Assembly: GCA_012295275.1 (NCBI GenBank)
Contig: CM022679.1
Location: 21,390,001 to 21,454,000 of the forward strand
Origin: Chrysomallon squamiferum
Lineage: Eukaryota > Animalia > Mollusca
Direction: 5' to 3'
Length of the DNA: 64,000 nucleotides
Under the pieces are notes generated by a model that was given only the letters and a program-made list of their open reading frames with translations, ran no database searches and had not been told where the DNA came from. Within the stretch, counting starts at the first letter, position 1. The number at the start of each line of letters is the position of its first letter. Shown piece after piece: positions 39,656 to 53,158 of the stretch. Both the position numbers and the translations under genes were made by a program.

Positions 39656-40127
39656 CTATATACATACATATATACATATAGTCATACTCATGCTCACACG
39701 CACACACTCATTACATATGTAGATAGACAGATACAGAAAACTATTCCTACATACGCACACACACACAGACTAACACATATGAACACATACATAAACACAT
39801 TTATATATATATATTCATACACAAACACCACACACACCACACTCATAAACACAAACACACATATACAGATAGATGTATACAGATATATTCATACTCACAC
39901 AGACAGACACACATACTCACACACGTATTCACATATACAGATGCATATTCATACAAACACAGACACTCATATACTCACACGCACATATAAATATAAATAT
40001 ACATCTTGCGGCTAAACGGATAAAAAATTCACACAGTGATTCAGGCAGGTGTGCCTTTTTGTATCACCGTTAAAACATTAGCTTTGTTAATGCTGCTGTT
40101 GAGTTTATTTTAAAGAAATCATTTTAC

Positions 40128-40185
40128 CAGCTCGACAGTTGATCTTAAGTTTTCAGTTCCGACTTGAACGATGACGTATTTCAGT
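40128..40185 (-). CDS. NPL: NPL exon 5 (LKYVIVQVGTENLRSTVEL)
   Basis: ttcag|A acceptor and CTG|gtaaaa donor. VIVQVG motif. Confidence 0.92.
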
Positions 40186-40652
40186 CTGAAAGTAGAACAG
40201 TTCTTTGTAACACAGTACTTCAGGCAACATACATATCATTTAAGACATTTTATAAAACAAGAGAAAGCTATTTAGGTTTGCATTTGTCAGGTGCATGTTT
40301 GTAGTATAATAGAAGAGTAGAAGTAGTAGCAGCAGCAGCATCAGTAGTAGTGGATGGAATTCTAGTACAATTTGATCAAATAGGAACAGTGTATGTTTAA
40401 GTAACATAATAGCTGTGGAAGTAGTAGTAGTGGTAGTGGTAGTACTACTAGTAGCAGTAGTTTTAGCAGTGGTAGTTTTAGTAGTAGTAGAAATAGTAGT
40501 AGTTTTGTTATAGCAGAGGTAGTGAAAGTAATAGTAGAAATAGTAGTTTTAATTTTAGTAGTAGTTTTAGTAGGAGGAGGAGGAGGAGACGGAGATAGAG
40601 TAGTGATAGTAGTAGTAGTAGTAGTAGTAGTAGCAGTAGCAGTAGCAGTAGC

Positions 40653-40689
<37 letters not shown>

Positions 40690-40840
40690 TCGGTAGTGTA
40701 GTAGCAATAGTAATAATAACAGAAAGAAGAAGATGAAGATTTAAAAGAATTATAATTTCTCTACAAGATAGATGATGTCTCAGCTGTTCTGTGTCATGTT
40801 TTGTTTGTGTTAGATGTGTGCGAGTAACTGCACTACAAAC

Positions 40841-40928
40841 TTGTCTCTGGACGCTGTGATCCACGCTTCCGCCACTTGTTTTCTTTCTTCCACTGTGAGA
40901 CTCGGCCCTTCTGCCATTGTACCAAGAA
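40841..40928 (-). CDS. NPL: NPL exon 4 (ILGTMAEGPSLTVEERKQVAEAWITASRDK)
   Basis: cag|TT acceptor and AA|gtttgt donor. Carries the GTxxEG-SLTVEERK family motif. Confidence 0.92.
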
Positions 40929-40995
40929 CTGTCAGTAAGATAAGTATAATACATGAGTACGTCTACATAAAACTGGGAAAGGATGAAGAGAAAAG

Positions 40996-41095
<100 letters not shown>

Positions 41096-41316
41096 TAATT
41101 TATTATTTTTAATAACTTTGAACTATTTTTTAGCTGAAGATTATTTCTTTCCTCTTTCAAGTAAACAAACAAATAAAAACATGCATATACACACACACAC
41201 ATTATTATTTTTTATTATTATTATTTAATTATTTATTTATTTATTTATTGCTGACAGTAACAGAACGTTTACGACGTAATCAGAGATAGTGAAACAGAGT
41301 GAGAAAGCTGACTTAC

Positions 41317-41387
41317 TGAACACTCCGTCGACATGATTCTTAATGAGGTGGTCCACATACTTGTCTACTTCTATCAGATTTAAATCT
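41317..41387 (-). CDS. NPL: NPL exon 3 (DLNLIEVDKYVDHLIKNHVDGVF)
   Basis: ccag|A acceptor and A|gtaagt donor. In phase. Confidence 0.92.
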
Positions 41388-41701
41388 CTGGAAATATTAC
41401 ACACGTTAGTACACAGACACATAACTACGTACGCACATACATGCCTATATACACACATACGTGGATATACTGACAGACAGAATATCTTATAGAAGGACGT
41501 CATCCAAACAGACAATAGAAGAATGACTTACGGACAGACCAGGTAGACAGACAGCTAAAAAAAATTATACAAAAGGGCAGATAACTGGTATTGTGTCTAT
41601 GAATTTGTCAGTACTTATATAATATTCTGATATTACGTTAGTAATAAAACAAAATAAAGAAAGGTAAAATAAATGGAAAAAAGTAAATATTCTATACATA
41701 C

Positions 41702-41766
41702 CCGTTTGATTTAAATGGAGTCATAGGAGCACAGATGATGCCCTTAATTACAAAATCCGCAAACTT
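41702..41766 (-). CDS. NPL: NPL exon 2 (KFADFVIKGIICAPMTPFKSNG)
   Basis: ttttcag acceptor and GG|gtatgt donor. GIxxAxxTPF is the DHDPS/NAL family N-terminal motif. Confidence 0.92.
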
Positions 41767-42087
41767 CTGAAAATATGTGAACCACAAATAACCGTTTCTT
41801 TCTACATTTTGTTTTTTTTTTTTTTCTTTTCTTATCTCATCCCTTTTTTAATTTTGTTTTGTAATTATTCATTTTTTTTTAAATTATTCTTTGTGAAATT
41901 AATTTCCACACCCTCTTTTTAAAATCCTGGATCCGCCCTTGCAAAATTATTTATAGATTTGTATTTTATATTTGTGTCTGTTTTTACGTGGATGACTGTA
42001 GGAAGGATTTGCTATCTCTCGACTGTTGACATTTTCTCTCATCATTAACATCATAAATTATTTCTCAAACCACTATGAACCTTAATG

Positions 42088-42125
<38 letters not shown>

Positions 42126-42204
42126 TAAATTTTGCAGTTAATGTCACCTAAGAGGGTATGAAAGAGAAGATATTACCCAGTGATATATTACATAAGTTAA
42201 TTAC

Positions 42205-42213
42205 CTGCGCCAT
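42205..42213 (-). CDS. NPL: N-acetylneuraminate lyase-like, coding exon 1 (MAQ)
   Basis: ATG GCG CAG|gtaatt. Phase 0 matches exon 2. Confidence 0.7.
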
Positions 42214-42942
42214 GACAGTCCTGTTGTAGAACAGCCGAGTCAAAGTTCACAAGTCAGATATGGATAGTCACATCTGACGTACTTTGTGATTGCAGTGAAA
42301 TACGGACAGCGTGTGTATCAATGTGTCTGGAGCAGTTTACGTGTAACAGTATACTAATACTCTAACTGGCGGTGTATTGTCACGAGGATGTGCTCATGAA
42401 ATATCGCTCACCTTTTGTCCTTCTTTTTTTTTTTTCGCTTTTCCATCACCTCAACATCCGCCCAGTGTTTTATCATGATTCAGCTAGGTGTCAGGTATGC
42501 AGAGCGTTAGCTCAACAACTACCATAGTATTTCATAAAAGAAACAAAAATATAAAAATTTGTTTTTTCATTATCATCCATGATTACATTATTGAGTGAGT
42601 TTAATATTTGTGACGATTTTACCAAACTAAAGACCCTGTCCGTGTAGAACATATATGCCCCTGCCCAAAACTAAAGACCCTGTCCAGAATACCCGTCCAT
42701 TTCCAAGATAAAAGCCCCTGTCCAAGATAAACGCCCCTGGTTATAATATATCTCTTTTTCCCTGTCCATTTATCTTTCTCTTTGTCCGTGGATAGTATTA
42801 TTGATTTGCATTATTATTATGTTACTGGTGATATCACTGCTACTGCAACATCTGCTGTTACTGTTCATCTGGTGGTTATTTCAGCCGTTAAAACATTTCC
42901 AAATTAATATTATATATAAGCGATAAATAATAATAATAATAA

Positions 42943-42973
<31 letters not shown>

Positions 42974-43299
42974 AAGAACAACAACAACAACAACAACAAA
43001 TAAAAAAAAGCAAAGGTTAAATAATATCGCATAATAGGTACAACGTAAAATTACGAAAAGACCCGAGGTTTTCCGATGTCTTTGCGCAATAATAAAATGA
43101 CGTCATTTCATAGTAATACTTTTACACCTTTCTAATCATTTTTATTTTAAAATCGCTGTGTCCTCGATACACTTAACTTATAATCTTTTTATTTAGCCTT
43201 TTAAATCTTACTCAAGCAAATGTAAGTATTTATGTTTCACTTACATTTTAGTCTTCACGATACTTTTTTTTTTGCTTAGGATTTTCATGGAAAAACATA

Positions 43300-43358
<59 letters not shown>

Positions 43359-43785
43359 AACAATAGATATAAATATTTCGATCCATATCTCAATTCCCGT
43401 AATACACATGTTTTATGAGTTACATTTATTAATCATTAATTAATATCAAACCTACTTATGTCATACTGACATCTAATTTTGATTACCAATACTGCATATA
43501 CATTATTTAAATTATATTCTAATTAAAAGTAGATTATCTCACGTTGCTAACATGGTTATATTCTGATTTTTAAAAAAATTATTATTATGATTATTATTAT
43601 TATTGTAATAATTAAAAAAAAATCATATTTATAAATACCTTCGTAAAGCAAACAGACTACATTAAATATATATTTATTCTAATCAGCTATTGTTACCATG
43701 GCATCTCAGCTATGATTTTTAATCATTAATATGGTCTTACCAAGCCGCCATTTTTTAAATATAAATAAACTTTAAAACTACGCAG
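42214..43785. promoter_or_regulatory. Divergent (head-to-head) intergenic region between NPL and the orphan plus-strand gene
   Basis: Start codons are 1.57 kb apart on opposite strands. Perfect CRE TGACGTCA at about 43098. Plus-strand donor aat|gtaagt at 43222 suggests a non-coding first exon. Confidence 0.5.
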
Positions 43786-44459
43786 ATGATGTCGGTACTA
43801 GACGTGATGAAAAGGAGGTCATCGATGGGTGGGAACATATCGCCTGTTGCTCATCAGATCAGAAACCTGTATTTCAACAACAACTCCAAGACGTCGCTTT
43901 CTCTGAAAGCGTGTATAAGTTGCTCCCAGACGAGCTCCTTGGACGACATGAACCCAGAAAATGGTTATCAGGATCGAACGCTCTCAGAAATGATGGAGAT
44001 GCCAGACCCGAGGGTAGTGAAAGAGCAAGAAGCCGAAACGGACGAACAAGAACAAGCAGACGCTCGGAAGAAAGAACAAGAAGAAGCAGACGCTCAGAAG
44101 AAAGAACAAGAAGAAGCAGACGCTCGGAAGAAAGAACAAGAACATGCAGGCACTCAGAAGAAAGATCAAGAACACCCGGATGCAACGCATAAGGTACAGG
44201 CTGGCACGAAGGGCAAAGAAGCAGATGCGAAAACCAAAGAGGCAAGCGCGAAGGACAAAAAACTGCCAAAGATCAAAAAGAAACGCGAGAAGACAGCGTA
44301 CCACGTGAAGGCGGGCGTCTGTCTGGATGTGGTGTGCGGACAGTTTGTGGTGACAAACATCGCTGATGATTTTTTCCAAGTCGACGAGGATGTGACGCCG
44401 ATAGTGAAAAGAAACAATTTGACTCCTCCTTTCTACAGAAATTCGCCGGAATATTACAG
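43786..44459 (+). CDS. Uncharacterised protein, coding exon 1 (contains 30-nt/10-aa KKEQEEADAR-type repeats)
   Basis: cgcag|ATG, 674-nt GC-rich open frame, AG|gtaagt donor at 44460. Confidence 0.8.
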
Positions 44460-44856
44460 GTAAGTAAAAATTAAGGTTATGATAATAAAAAAAAATAATA
44501 ATAAAAAAAAAATAATAAAATGATTTTTTTTAAAAAGAGAGGAAAGTTTATAGACATGAGGCAGGTCTAAAGATGTTTTGTTCTTGTTATTTTAAATTTG
44601 TGTTGAAATTCTGTTTTATATATTGAATAATAACAACAACAACAATAACTATGACCACGATTAAAACAAGATCAGTAAGAATAATGATGATGATGTGATA
44701 GTGATAATGAAAAATATAATGACAATTATAATGGGTAATAATAATGATAATAATAATAAAGGTAATAAGAATAATGATGACGATGATGACGATGATAATA
44801 CAAATTTAAATTACACTGATAACAACACAGACTATTATTTTTAAAATCCATTCTAG

Positions 44857-45076
44857 CGACAAAGAGAAGAACAGGATCCAGGTGCTGCAGTCGCTGAGTC
44901 GCCTCGGATTCCTGGTTCAGTACGGTCACGTTGAAGGAGACATCGCTCATGCAGACAGCACGAAGGACAAGCTTTGCTCCTGTACCTGTTCAGACTGCTG
45001 CAAAACGTGCTACTACAAGACAAAGGCGAGCTGTGAGTCATTCTTCTTTGACAAGCTGGGCTGTTACTGGGATTAG
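44857..45076 (+). CDS. Uncharacterised protein, last coding exon, Cys-rich (DKEKNRIQVLQSLSRLGF...CSCTCSDCCKTCYY...GCYWD*)
   Basis: ttctag|C acceptor, phase 2 matching exon 1. TAG at 45074-45076, with AATAAA shortly downstream at about 45133. Spliced product is 297 aa. Confidence 0.8.
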
Positions 45077-45144
45077 AGCTCCCAGCTTAGTCGTGTCCTG
45101 ATAGTCACCGCTAATACCCCCTTGAAATTTTAAATAAAAAAATA

Positions 45145-45790
45145 AATCAACAGCTAACAGTCAGCTTGAAGCTTTCTGGTCACAACAGTCAACAACTCAT
45201 AGTCAGCAAACTGTCAAAGTGAAGTTTTCTGTTCAGATCAGTCTACAGAAAACTGTCAATTTGAAACATTCTGATCGCATCAATCTACGATAATAAGTCA
45301 GTTTGAAGCATTTTCATTAAATCAATCTACAGCCAATAGTCAACTTGAGGATTTCTGTTCACATCAGTCTACGGATAATAATTTGAAGCATTTTTCACAG
45401 CTAATGGTCAGCTTGAAGATTTCTGATGAAATCAGTCTACAGCAGACTTTCAGTTTGAACCTTTCTTCTGAGATCAGTCTACAGCTAATAGTCAACTTGA
45501 AGCATTTTGTTAAGATCAATCTACAGCAAACTTTCAGCTTGAGATTTCTCTTCAGATCAATTTACGGATAATCAGTCAATTTGAAGCATTTTCTTTAAAT
45601 CATTCTACAGCTAATAGTCAACTTGTCAGATCATTGTACAGCTAATAATCACATTAAAGCATGTTATCAAACTGTCTACAGCTGTAATATACTGAAACTG
45701 TAGCTAAAATGTCCTAACTGTTTGAGTCTACAGTTCATAGACATTGTGAAACGATCCAGTCAGATTAACCTGCAGCTAAGAGTTAAACGT
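45145..45790. repeat. Degenerate ~39-bp minisatellite downstream of the orphan gene
   Basis: Recurrent tctacagctaatagtcaacttgaagcatt...agatca. Confidence 0.8.
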
Positions 45791-46617
45791 CGCACATTCA
45801 GATCAACTGGAAACTTGCTGTTTATCAGCATTTTCACGACCATTCAGTCCTGTGGGAAATACAACAGAACAGTGCTTCAGAAGAAAGATTTGCTCAGTCA
45901 GATTTCATATTTCACATTGTGTTAGAAAAAGGCTGGAATCTTTGAAACTGAAATCAAACAAACAGGACAGCTGGCGGACAAGAAGGAGATAGAGGTAACA
46001 GACGCTCGCTCTATCGCGAGGAAAGGATGACGTTACTTATGATGATGATGATGATGATGATGATGACGAGTGGTCAATACCAATCCACCATCACGATAAA
46101 GATAAGCAGATGACGTATTTGACCACGCTATCTATCAATATCAAAAATGTTAATCTGATAACCATGCAGGCAAGTGAATGTATTTGGTCAAAAAGTTCTG
46201 ACTGTCGTCATAATCCAGTTTTCGAAATGATTAACAGTAACGTGGATGTAATCAGTACTACAAGCACGTCCCACGTAGCCAACAGAATATATTAGACCAT
46301 CGCGTCTGCTACATATCCTGATAAGCAGAAGATAAATATACAAAAAAAAATTCCGTACAGACAGCTCAGTATAATAGGTTAACTGTTTCATCAGTACTTC
46401 CCCAAAACGTTGAGAAAACGAAGTGGCTGAACGGTGTTCTTTGTAGATTGCTCCGTATGTTAGGATGTTGTCTCCTTTTGCGATATTTCAACTAGATAAA
46501 AGTAAAAAGATTACAAGAAAAGCGTATCAAGGGCACAGCAACCTATCCAGTGATTGCGCTGATTGTATTTGTAATTTTAGATAATTGAATCAAAATGTAA
46601 TTTTGTTATAACGTGTT

Positions 46618-46679
<62 letters not shown>

Positions 46680-47290
46680 TATAATTATAATAAATTATAA
46701 TTATAATGACTGATGATAATGATGATAATGTTAATAATAATAATAATAACAACAATAATGACAGATGATTGATAATGATGATAATTAAAATAACGATATA
46801 AAATAATGATAATAATATTATAATAATGAAGATAATGAAAATTAGACGAAAATAATAAAAATCATTATTGATGATATTGATCATAATGATGATGATAATC
46901 ATGGATTAGAAACGTAATTCAATTTATTATTTTTTGTTTTGTTTACAAACTAACTGGTTTTGTTTTGTGTTAGTTGAATATATTTACCTTATTAACATTT
47001 ACATACATTTGCAGAAATAAAAACAATAGTAGATATTACCATAGTTCGCTTGTAACATGAATTATAACGGAATCGGAATACGTAATGATATTATCATACT
47101 GCGATAAAATAAATTTTGTATCTTCAGTTTGATAGTTTGTATTTCTTTTCATTAACAACTAATATTATCTTATGTGTTAGACGTAAATAAGTAAATAAAT
47201 AAATAAATAATGAAGAAAATCATAACTGATTGTTTTGATCATAATGATGATGATTAAAAAAATATACTGCTACTATTAGTACTGACTTAA

Positions 47291-47321
<31 letters not shown>

Positions 47322-47744
47322 ATATTATTGGAAGCAGCTGTTATAGTAGGGGTAGTAATAATGATGATAATAATAATAATAATAACATAGCAAGGTAGAC
47401 AACCCAGCATCGAAAACTGATCATACAGAGTTATTCCTCTTTATTATAGACAACATAATTAAGGTATCCAAAAAGAACGCGGATTTTAGCGTTTGTTTAT
47501 TTGTTCAGTTCGAGACGCAGAACCGATCTTTGTTGTGTTGTTGTAGTTATTGTTGTTTTGTTGTTGTTGTTGTTGTTTTTTGTGTTCTCCTCGTGTTTTA
47601 GAAAGATTCCCAAATTAAATGACACTTTCAACTCATAAATATTAAGTTATTTATTTTTAAATCAAAATAATAAAAGTGTTGACACAATTATTTGGTAAAA
47701 ATGTATTTATTATTATTTATTTTTTAAATAAGATTCTATTATTT

Positions 47745-47778
<34 letters not shown>

Positions 47779-49149
47779 TGTATGTTATTTATTTTAATGG
47801 CATATTTTTCCCCATACACATGAGTAATTACATGCAAGTTGACAAGCCCTTGTCATTCATTCAAATTTTTGCGTTTTTTTTTATTTATTAATTCTTTTTA
47901 AAACTACATCCTGCTAGTTAGATAGACAGGTAGGTAGATAAATAGATAGACAGATTGGTAGATAAAACAGTATTGATAGATAAATAGATATATACATACA
48001 TACGTACGTACGTACATAATAATAAATACATCCATACGTATGTGCTTACGTACACGCATATCGATTCATTCCTATTACAAGTTTACTAACGCAAACAGTT
48101 CCTAATACTATCTGCATAAACTAAAATAAAAAATTTAAAAAAAGATTTCAAAGTTCATTTTCTGATTGTTAAGGTTGTTCACATTTTTAACTGACAGCCG
48201 AGAAACTCTGTTCTTCATTAACCATCGCAAACGTGGACATAAGCCAACTGCAGCAGTTGTATACAGGAATTCCAATCAAACTGCAGTTTAGAGTCGTTTG
48301 TCGTCAATGCCGGTCTTCTGTTGTGTTCAGCGCTGAAATTCTCTCAGTATCGGAACAGCAATTAGCTAACAAGCTTGTGTACAGGCGTCATTTTGCTGAT
48401 AAAAATATGTGTGTGGGATTTTTTTTTCATTTTTTTTTGTGGTTTTTTATGTGTGTGTGTGTGCGGGGGGGGTACATTTGCTGGGTTTTGGGGGTTTTTT
48501 TTGAAGAGTTTTTTTTTTTTTTTTTTTTTTTTTAGAGGGAGATAATTTAAGAGAGATTAATTTTATCTGAGAACTTTCAGAAAACGAGACCTATTGATGC
48601 AAAGAAAATTAATTATTTTCAAATACCGATCGTTTGCACATAACATACTTCTGTAATATTGCGTTATTCCGCTTCGTGTATTCATTTACACTGTCTTCAC
48701 GTTACTTTCTGAACGAGAAAGAATTCCTCTTTATTTAATGTTTAGAACGATCAAACAAAATTATATGCATGGTATAATGTATGGCTGCATAGTTTACCCT
48801 AAAAAAAATATGTTTTTTTAAAAAAATAAAAGAATTCAAAATGTTCTGATGTTTTGTATTAACGATTACACTTAATGTTCAACATTAAGAAAATTATTTT
48901 AAAATAACCTAATATTGATCATTTTAATGAAGGAGACTATTTTTTTTAAAATTGATATGTACTTTAAAAAATAAAAAAATAAAAAAATAAAAAATCATAT
49001 GATTGATTTGTTTCCTAACAGTTTTGTGTTATGTTTAAGAAAATAATTTGAAATGATCGATGACAGCTGATGAAATGAATTTAATGAAGATATTTCCTTT
49101 TCCCTCTGTTTTTCATATTTTGTAATCCATTCAAATAAATAAATAAAAT

Positions 49150-49202
<53 letters not shown>

Positions 49203-49761
49203 AAAAAGGACGGGTGTATTTCTGGTACGATACTTATACATTATAATACACATACATACACGCACGCACACGCACACACACACACACACATACATACACA
49301 TACATACATACACATACATACATAAACATACATACACACATACATACATACACACATACATACATACACACACATACATAATGAAGAAGAATGACGAATG
49401 TGAAAGAATCTACTAGGTAATGAAGGCTGGTTTCTACAAGAGCGACATGTACTTTTCGAAAGTCACGTAACGCTGGTCGAAGGACGAGGGGTATCTAACA
49501 ACTTGGAATAACGAACTACTTGAAGCTGTTAAGATGCGAAATTTTGACCCTGATAGGGTGAGGAAGTTCTGTGTCTGGCTTCTTAAATACAGTAATTATT
49601 CTGGGCCACTTTGTGAGCGTTTTAAAGTGGAATGGATAATCCCTTTGTCAAATACTACATTGGCCAGTACAAACCTCTTGCTGAAGGTTTTAAAATAATT
49701 ATGTTCCACAGACTAGAATAGAGCAAGTATTTATTCTCAAAGGTCTGTTCGGTTTGGGTTA

Positions 49762-49883
<122 letters not shown>

Positions 49884-50503
49884 AGCTTCGTGTTTGAATT
49901 CAAGTTACTGATCAGACATCCAAAGTTATCACAACAACAACACCAATAGCAACAACAGCAACAACAGTAGTAGAAGTAGTAATGCAATAGCGACAACAAT
50001 AAAAAAAAGTTTAGACCAAATTTACTTGCTCATTATTATTACCAAGGTTATGCTTCTAACATAACATAATAATAATAATAATAATCGTAATAACAATAAT
50101 AACAATTGTAACACAGACAGACAGACAGACAGACAGAAAGCTAGATAAAAATCGACTGCCTAACCTCCCACCAATTCAACATTCCTGTTACAGCGCAGAG
50201 AATTCTGCAGGCCTGTTATAATAGTATTTGCTTACAGTCTACTTCTTGTCAAATATTTCAGTTAATTACATATGGCAGTTCTGATAGCAGTGACTTGATA
50301 ATGCTATTCAGTATTTTGACTGTCCAGTTTAACTTCCATTGTTATTTAATTATATATGTATTAGGTAACTGCGTAATCAGCTTTTACTGCCGTGGAAACT
50401 TTATCATATAATAACTTGATGTATTAGTCAGTATTCACACCGTAAATACAAACAATGTGAACTATTTCAGTTTAGTTAACTGTTCCTTCTCTCTCGCTGC
50501 TGT

Positions 50504-50604
<101 letters not shown>

Positions 50605-50879
50605 AATAATACACCCATATAATAAAAATACTGCTTCATGTTATATGGTTATATATAGTTTTTCTCTCAATAAACGAATGCAAAGACCTGGCAGACCAAA
50701 CTGCATTCATTACATACAAACTGTGAAGTGTCGTAATAAACTGCCGTGTGGTTAAGGCTTTTAGAAACTTCTATTTGGTTAATGTCCTAATCGCCGCGTC
50801 TGATAAATATGTCGTTTGCAACAACAGTATGTTGGATACTCCGGTTTGTTCACCTAAGCCACACTTGAGTTTATTTTTC

Positions 50880-51822
50880 GTCTGGTATCAAACGAGACGG
50901 AGTTAAAACGGAGACGGGATCGACTTGAGCGTAACGAATGTGTCTTGCAGGCACTTGTTTCTGCGCGGTTAGAGAGCGGTGCCGTACTAAACTGGTAAGC
51001 GGGGATCGTACAAACCTCAGCACGGCTGGAAGAAACGCCGTTTACTTACTGTCTTGCAAAGGTTACTTACCCAATAAAAACTAACCTTACGCCAGCAAAC
51101 ACGTTAGTTCGGACTGAGAGAGGTGACGCTGTAGCCAATGAATTCCATCGTTCTGCGAAAGAATCCCACGAGAAAAACCGCAAGCGCGTGCGTCACGACT
51201 GAAGCCGATCTTTTTTAGATAAGAAATTTCGCCCCGAAGAATGTGACAGATTATAGCTCTAGGTGAGAAGCGTTAACGGCCGACTTGCTTGGTTATAACT
51301 GGCTGCCCAATTAGCGGGTTTGCCTCGACTTTTAAGAGATACGCTGTTAGTGCACGCAGACCATCGGCTCGCGCTCTCTCGCGCTCTTTCTCTCGCTCTC
51401 TGTCTCTCACTAAGATCGATCAGTGAACAAATCGCCAACACCGAGGGCTCGGATAATGCCGCAGATAATCGAGTCGTGGGCTATGCGCGTGTCGGTGAGC
51501 CAGTGTGAGCTGAACGAGAGGGTCGCACGACGTGACCAGTCGCTGGGAAATCCCGAACAACGGCGGCTGAAGTGAAATCGAAAGAGAACAAATGAACGAC
51601 CTCGACACTCGCCTTAACTATAAACATTTGTAAATTGACGATCGATTGTCGAGCGACTGCTGTTTCATTACCTATTCAAACATACACATCATCGCTGTAG
51701 CGGCTAAGCTGTCAATCAGAAAAGAAAGCAAACTGGATTCAAACCGGGAAAACAGTGGATGCTGGCTGTCTCCACGCCCTGCCACATGGAGCAAACGCAC
51801 TAACTACCGAGGAGGAAAGACC
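50880..51822 (+). promoter_or_regulatory. CpG-rich promoter/5'UTR of the PDE gene
   Basis: Sharp rise in GC and CpG relative to flanks. CCAAT boxes at 51071, 51135 and 51307. Several upstream ATGs. Confidence 0.6.
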
Positions 51823-52560
51823 ATGTCGTCAGGTGGGGAGGGGGAGAGGGAGAACGATTCTCTCCTGTCCCCAGAGGTGCGGGAGGAGTACGACGTCATG
51901 GAGAGGTGGATGGACGAGCACACCGAGTTCGTACACGACTACTTCGCCAGGAAAGCCCGACGGAGCATGGTGGACGGATGGTTGATCGCTCATGCAATAA
52001 GTCACAGTGGATTACCAATCCAGTCTGACAGTCAGAGCAACTCCAGTGGATCCAACTCGAAGCCAAGCTCCGGTGCGAACACGCCCGTACGGAAGATTTC
52101 TGCCCAGGAGTTCGACAAGGGTGGGATCCTGAAACCCATGATCTCCACGGTGGACGGGACCCCCACCTTTCTGGGTCCCATGAATCAGTCGACGTCTTCG
52201 GGCAGCCAGCAGACAAAGTTACGCAAGTCAAAGAGTGAACTGAAAGCCCTGGACGAGAAGGAACTCATGTACGAACTGGTGATTGACATCTGTAACGACC
52301 TGGATGTGACTAGTCTGTGTTACAAGATTCTCCTCAACATGTGTGTCCTCCTCAACGCAGACAGGACTTCTCTCTTTCTTGTGCAGGGGAAAGGAACCAA
52401 CGAGAAAATGCTCGTGTCAAAACTTTTTGACATCTGCAGCAGCTCATCCTATGAAGATATTAAAGGGCGTGATCAGGAGATTAAAATTCCCTGGGGTACC
52501 GGAATTATTGGATATGTGGGGAAAACGGGAGAGGTTGTCAACATACCCGATGCATATCAG
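51823..52560 (+). CDS. PDE11A: GAF-domain cyclic nucleotide phosphodiesterase (PDE11-like), first coding exon; gene continues beyond the window
   Basis: accATG start and CAG|gtaagt donor at 52561. WMDEHTEFVHDYFARKA, TPVRKISAQEF..GG.LKP...DGTPTFL, ELKALDEKEL..ELV.DIC.DLDV, NADR.SLFL, LVSKLFD and GIIGYVG..GE.VNIPDAYQ match the N-terminus and GAF-A start of invertebrate PDE11 (PDE5/6/11 clade). Confidence 0.9.
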
Positions 52561-53084
52561 GTAAGTCATTTGTTTGTTTAAATTGAAGTAAACTGAATTT
52601 GGAAAGATTCTTTGTTTCAGCAGCTGAAGAGAAACAGTTTATGAAGATTAAAATGGTTAAATCTGAGAGTTTCTTAAACTGCAGTTACTGAATTTTGGAA
52701 AGATTTTTATTTCGGCAGTTATACAGTTATTTTCCTGGAAACAGTTTAGAAAGTTTAAAAGAATTAAAACTGTATAATCCGTAACTTTTTAAAACTCAAT
52801 AAACTGAATTTGAGCAGTTAATGATTGAAAACAGTTTATAAATATTAAAATAGTTAAAATGATGAAACTTAAATTACTGAATTTAGAATGTTTTTTTGGA
52901 AAATATATACTTAGAGTTCATTCTCTTCAAAGTGAAATAACTGAAATATTTTTTGGGATATTTATAATTAATATTATAAAATAAAAACATATTATTTACT
53001 ACTAGAAATTAACTTGATATGTAATGGTAATTCCATATAAAATCTCAAGATGAATCTTTCACTATCCAATCTTTTCTAACAATA

Positions 53085-53158
<74 letters not shown>

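Noticed and set aside
43874-44417. Antisense and alternative-frame ORFs over the orphan gene (also 2311-3073 and 51755-52564)
   Set aside because: Shadow ORFs of GC-rich genuine exons and of the 30-nt repeat.
48233-48535. 100-aa plus-strand ORF
   Set aside because: GTG start, ends in poly-T, and no consistent splice sites or recognisable motif on either strand.
51646-51822. In-frame extension of the PDE ORF from a TTG start
   Set aside because: Non-ATG start taken from a prokaryote-style ORF call. The first in-frame ATG with good context is 51823.
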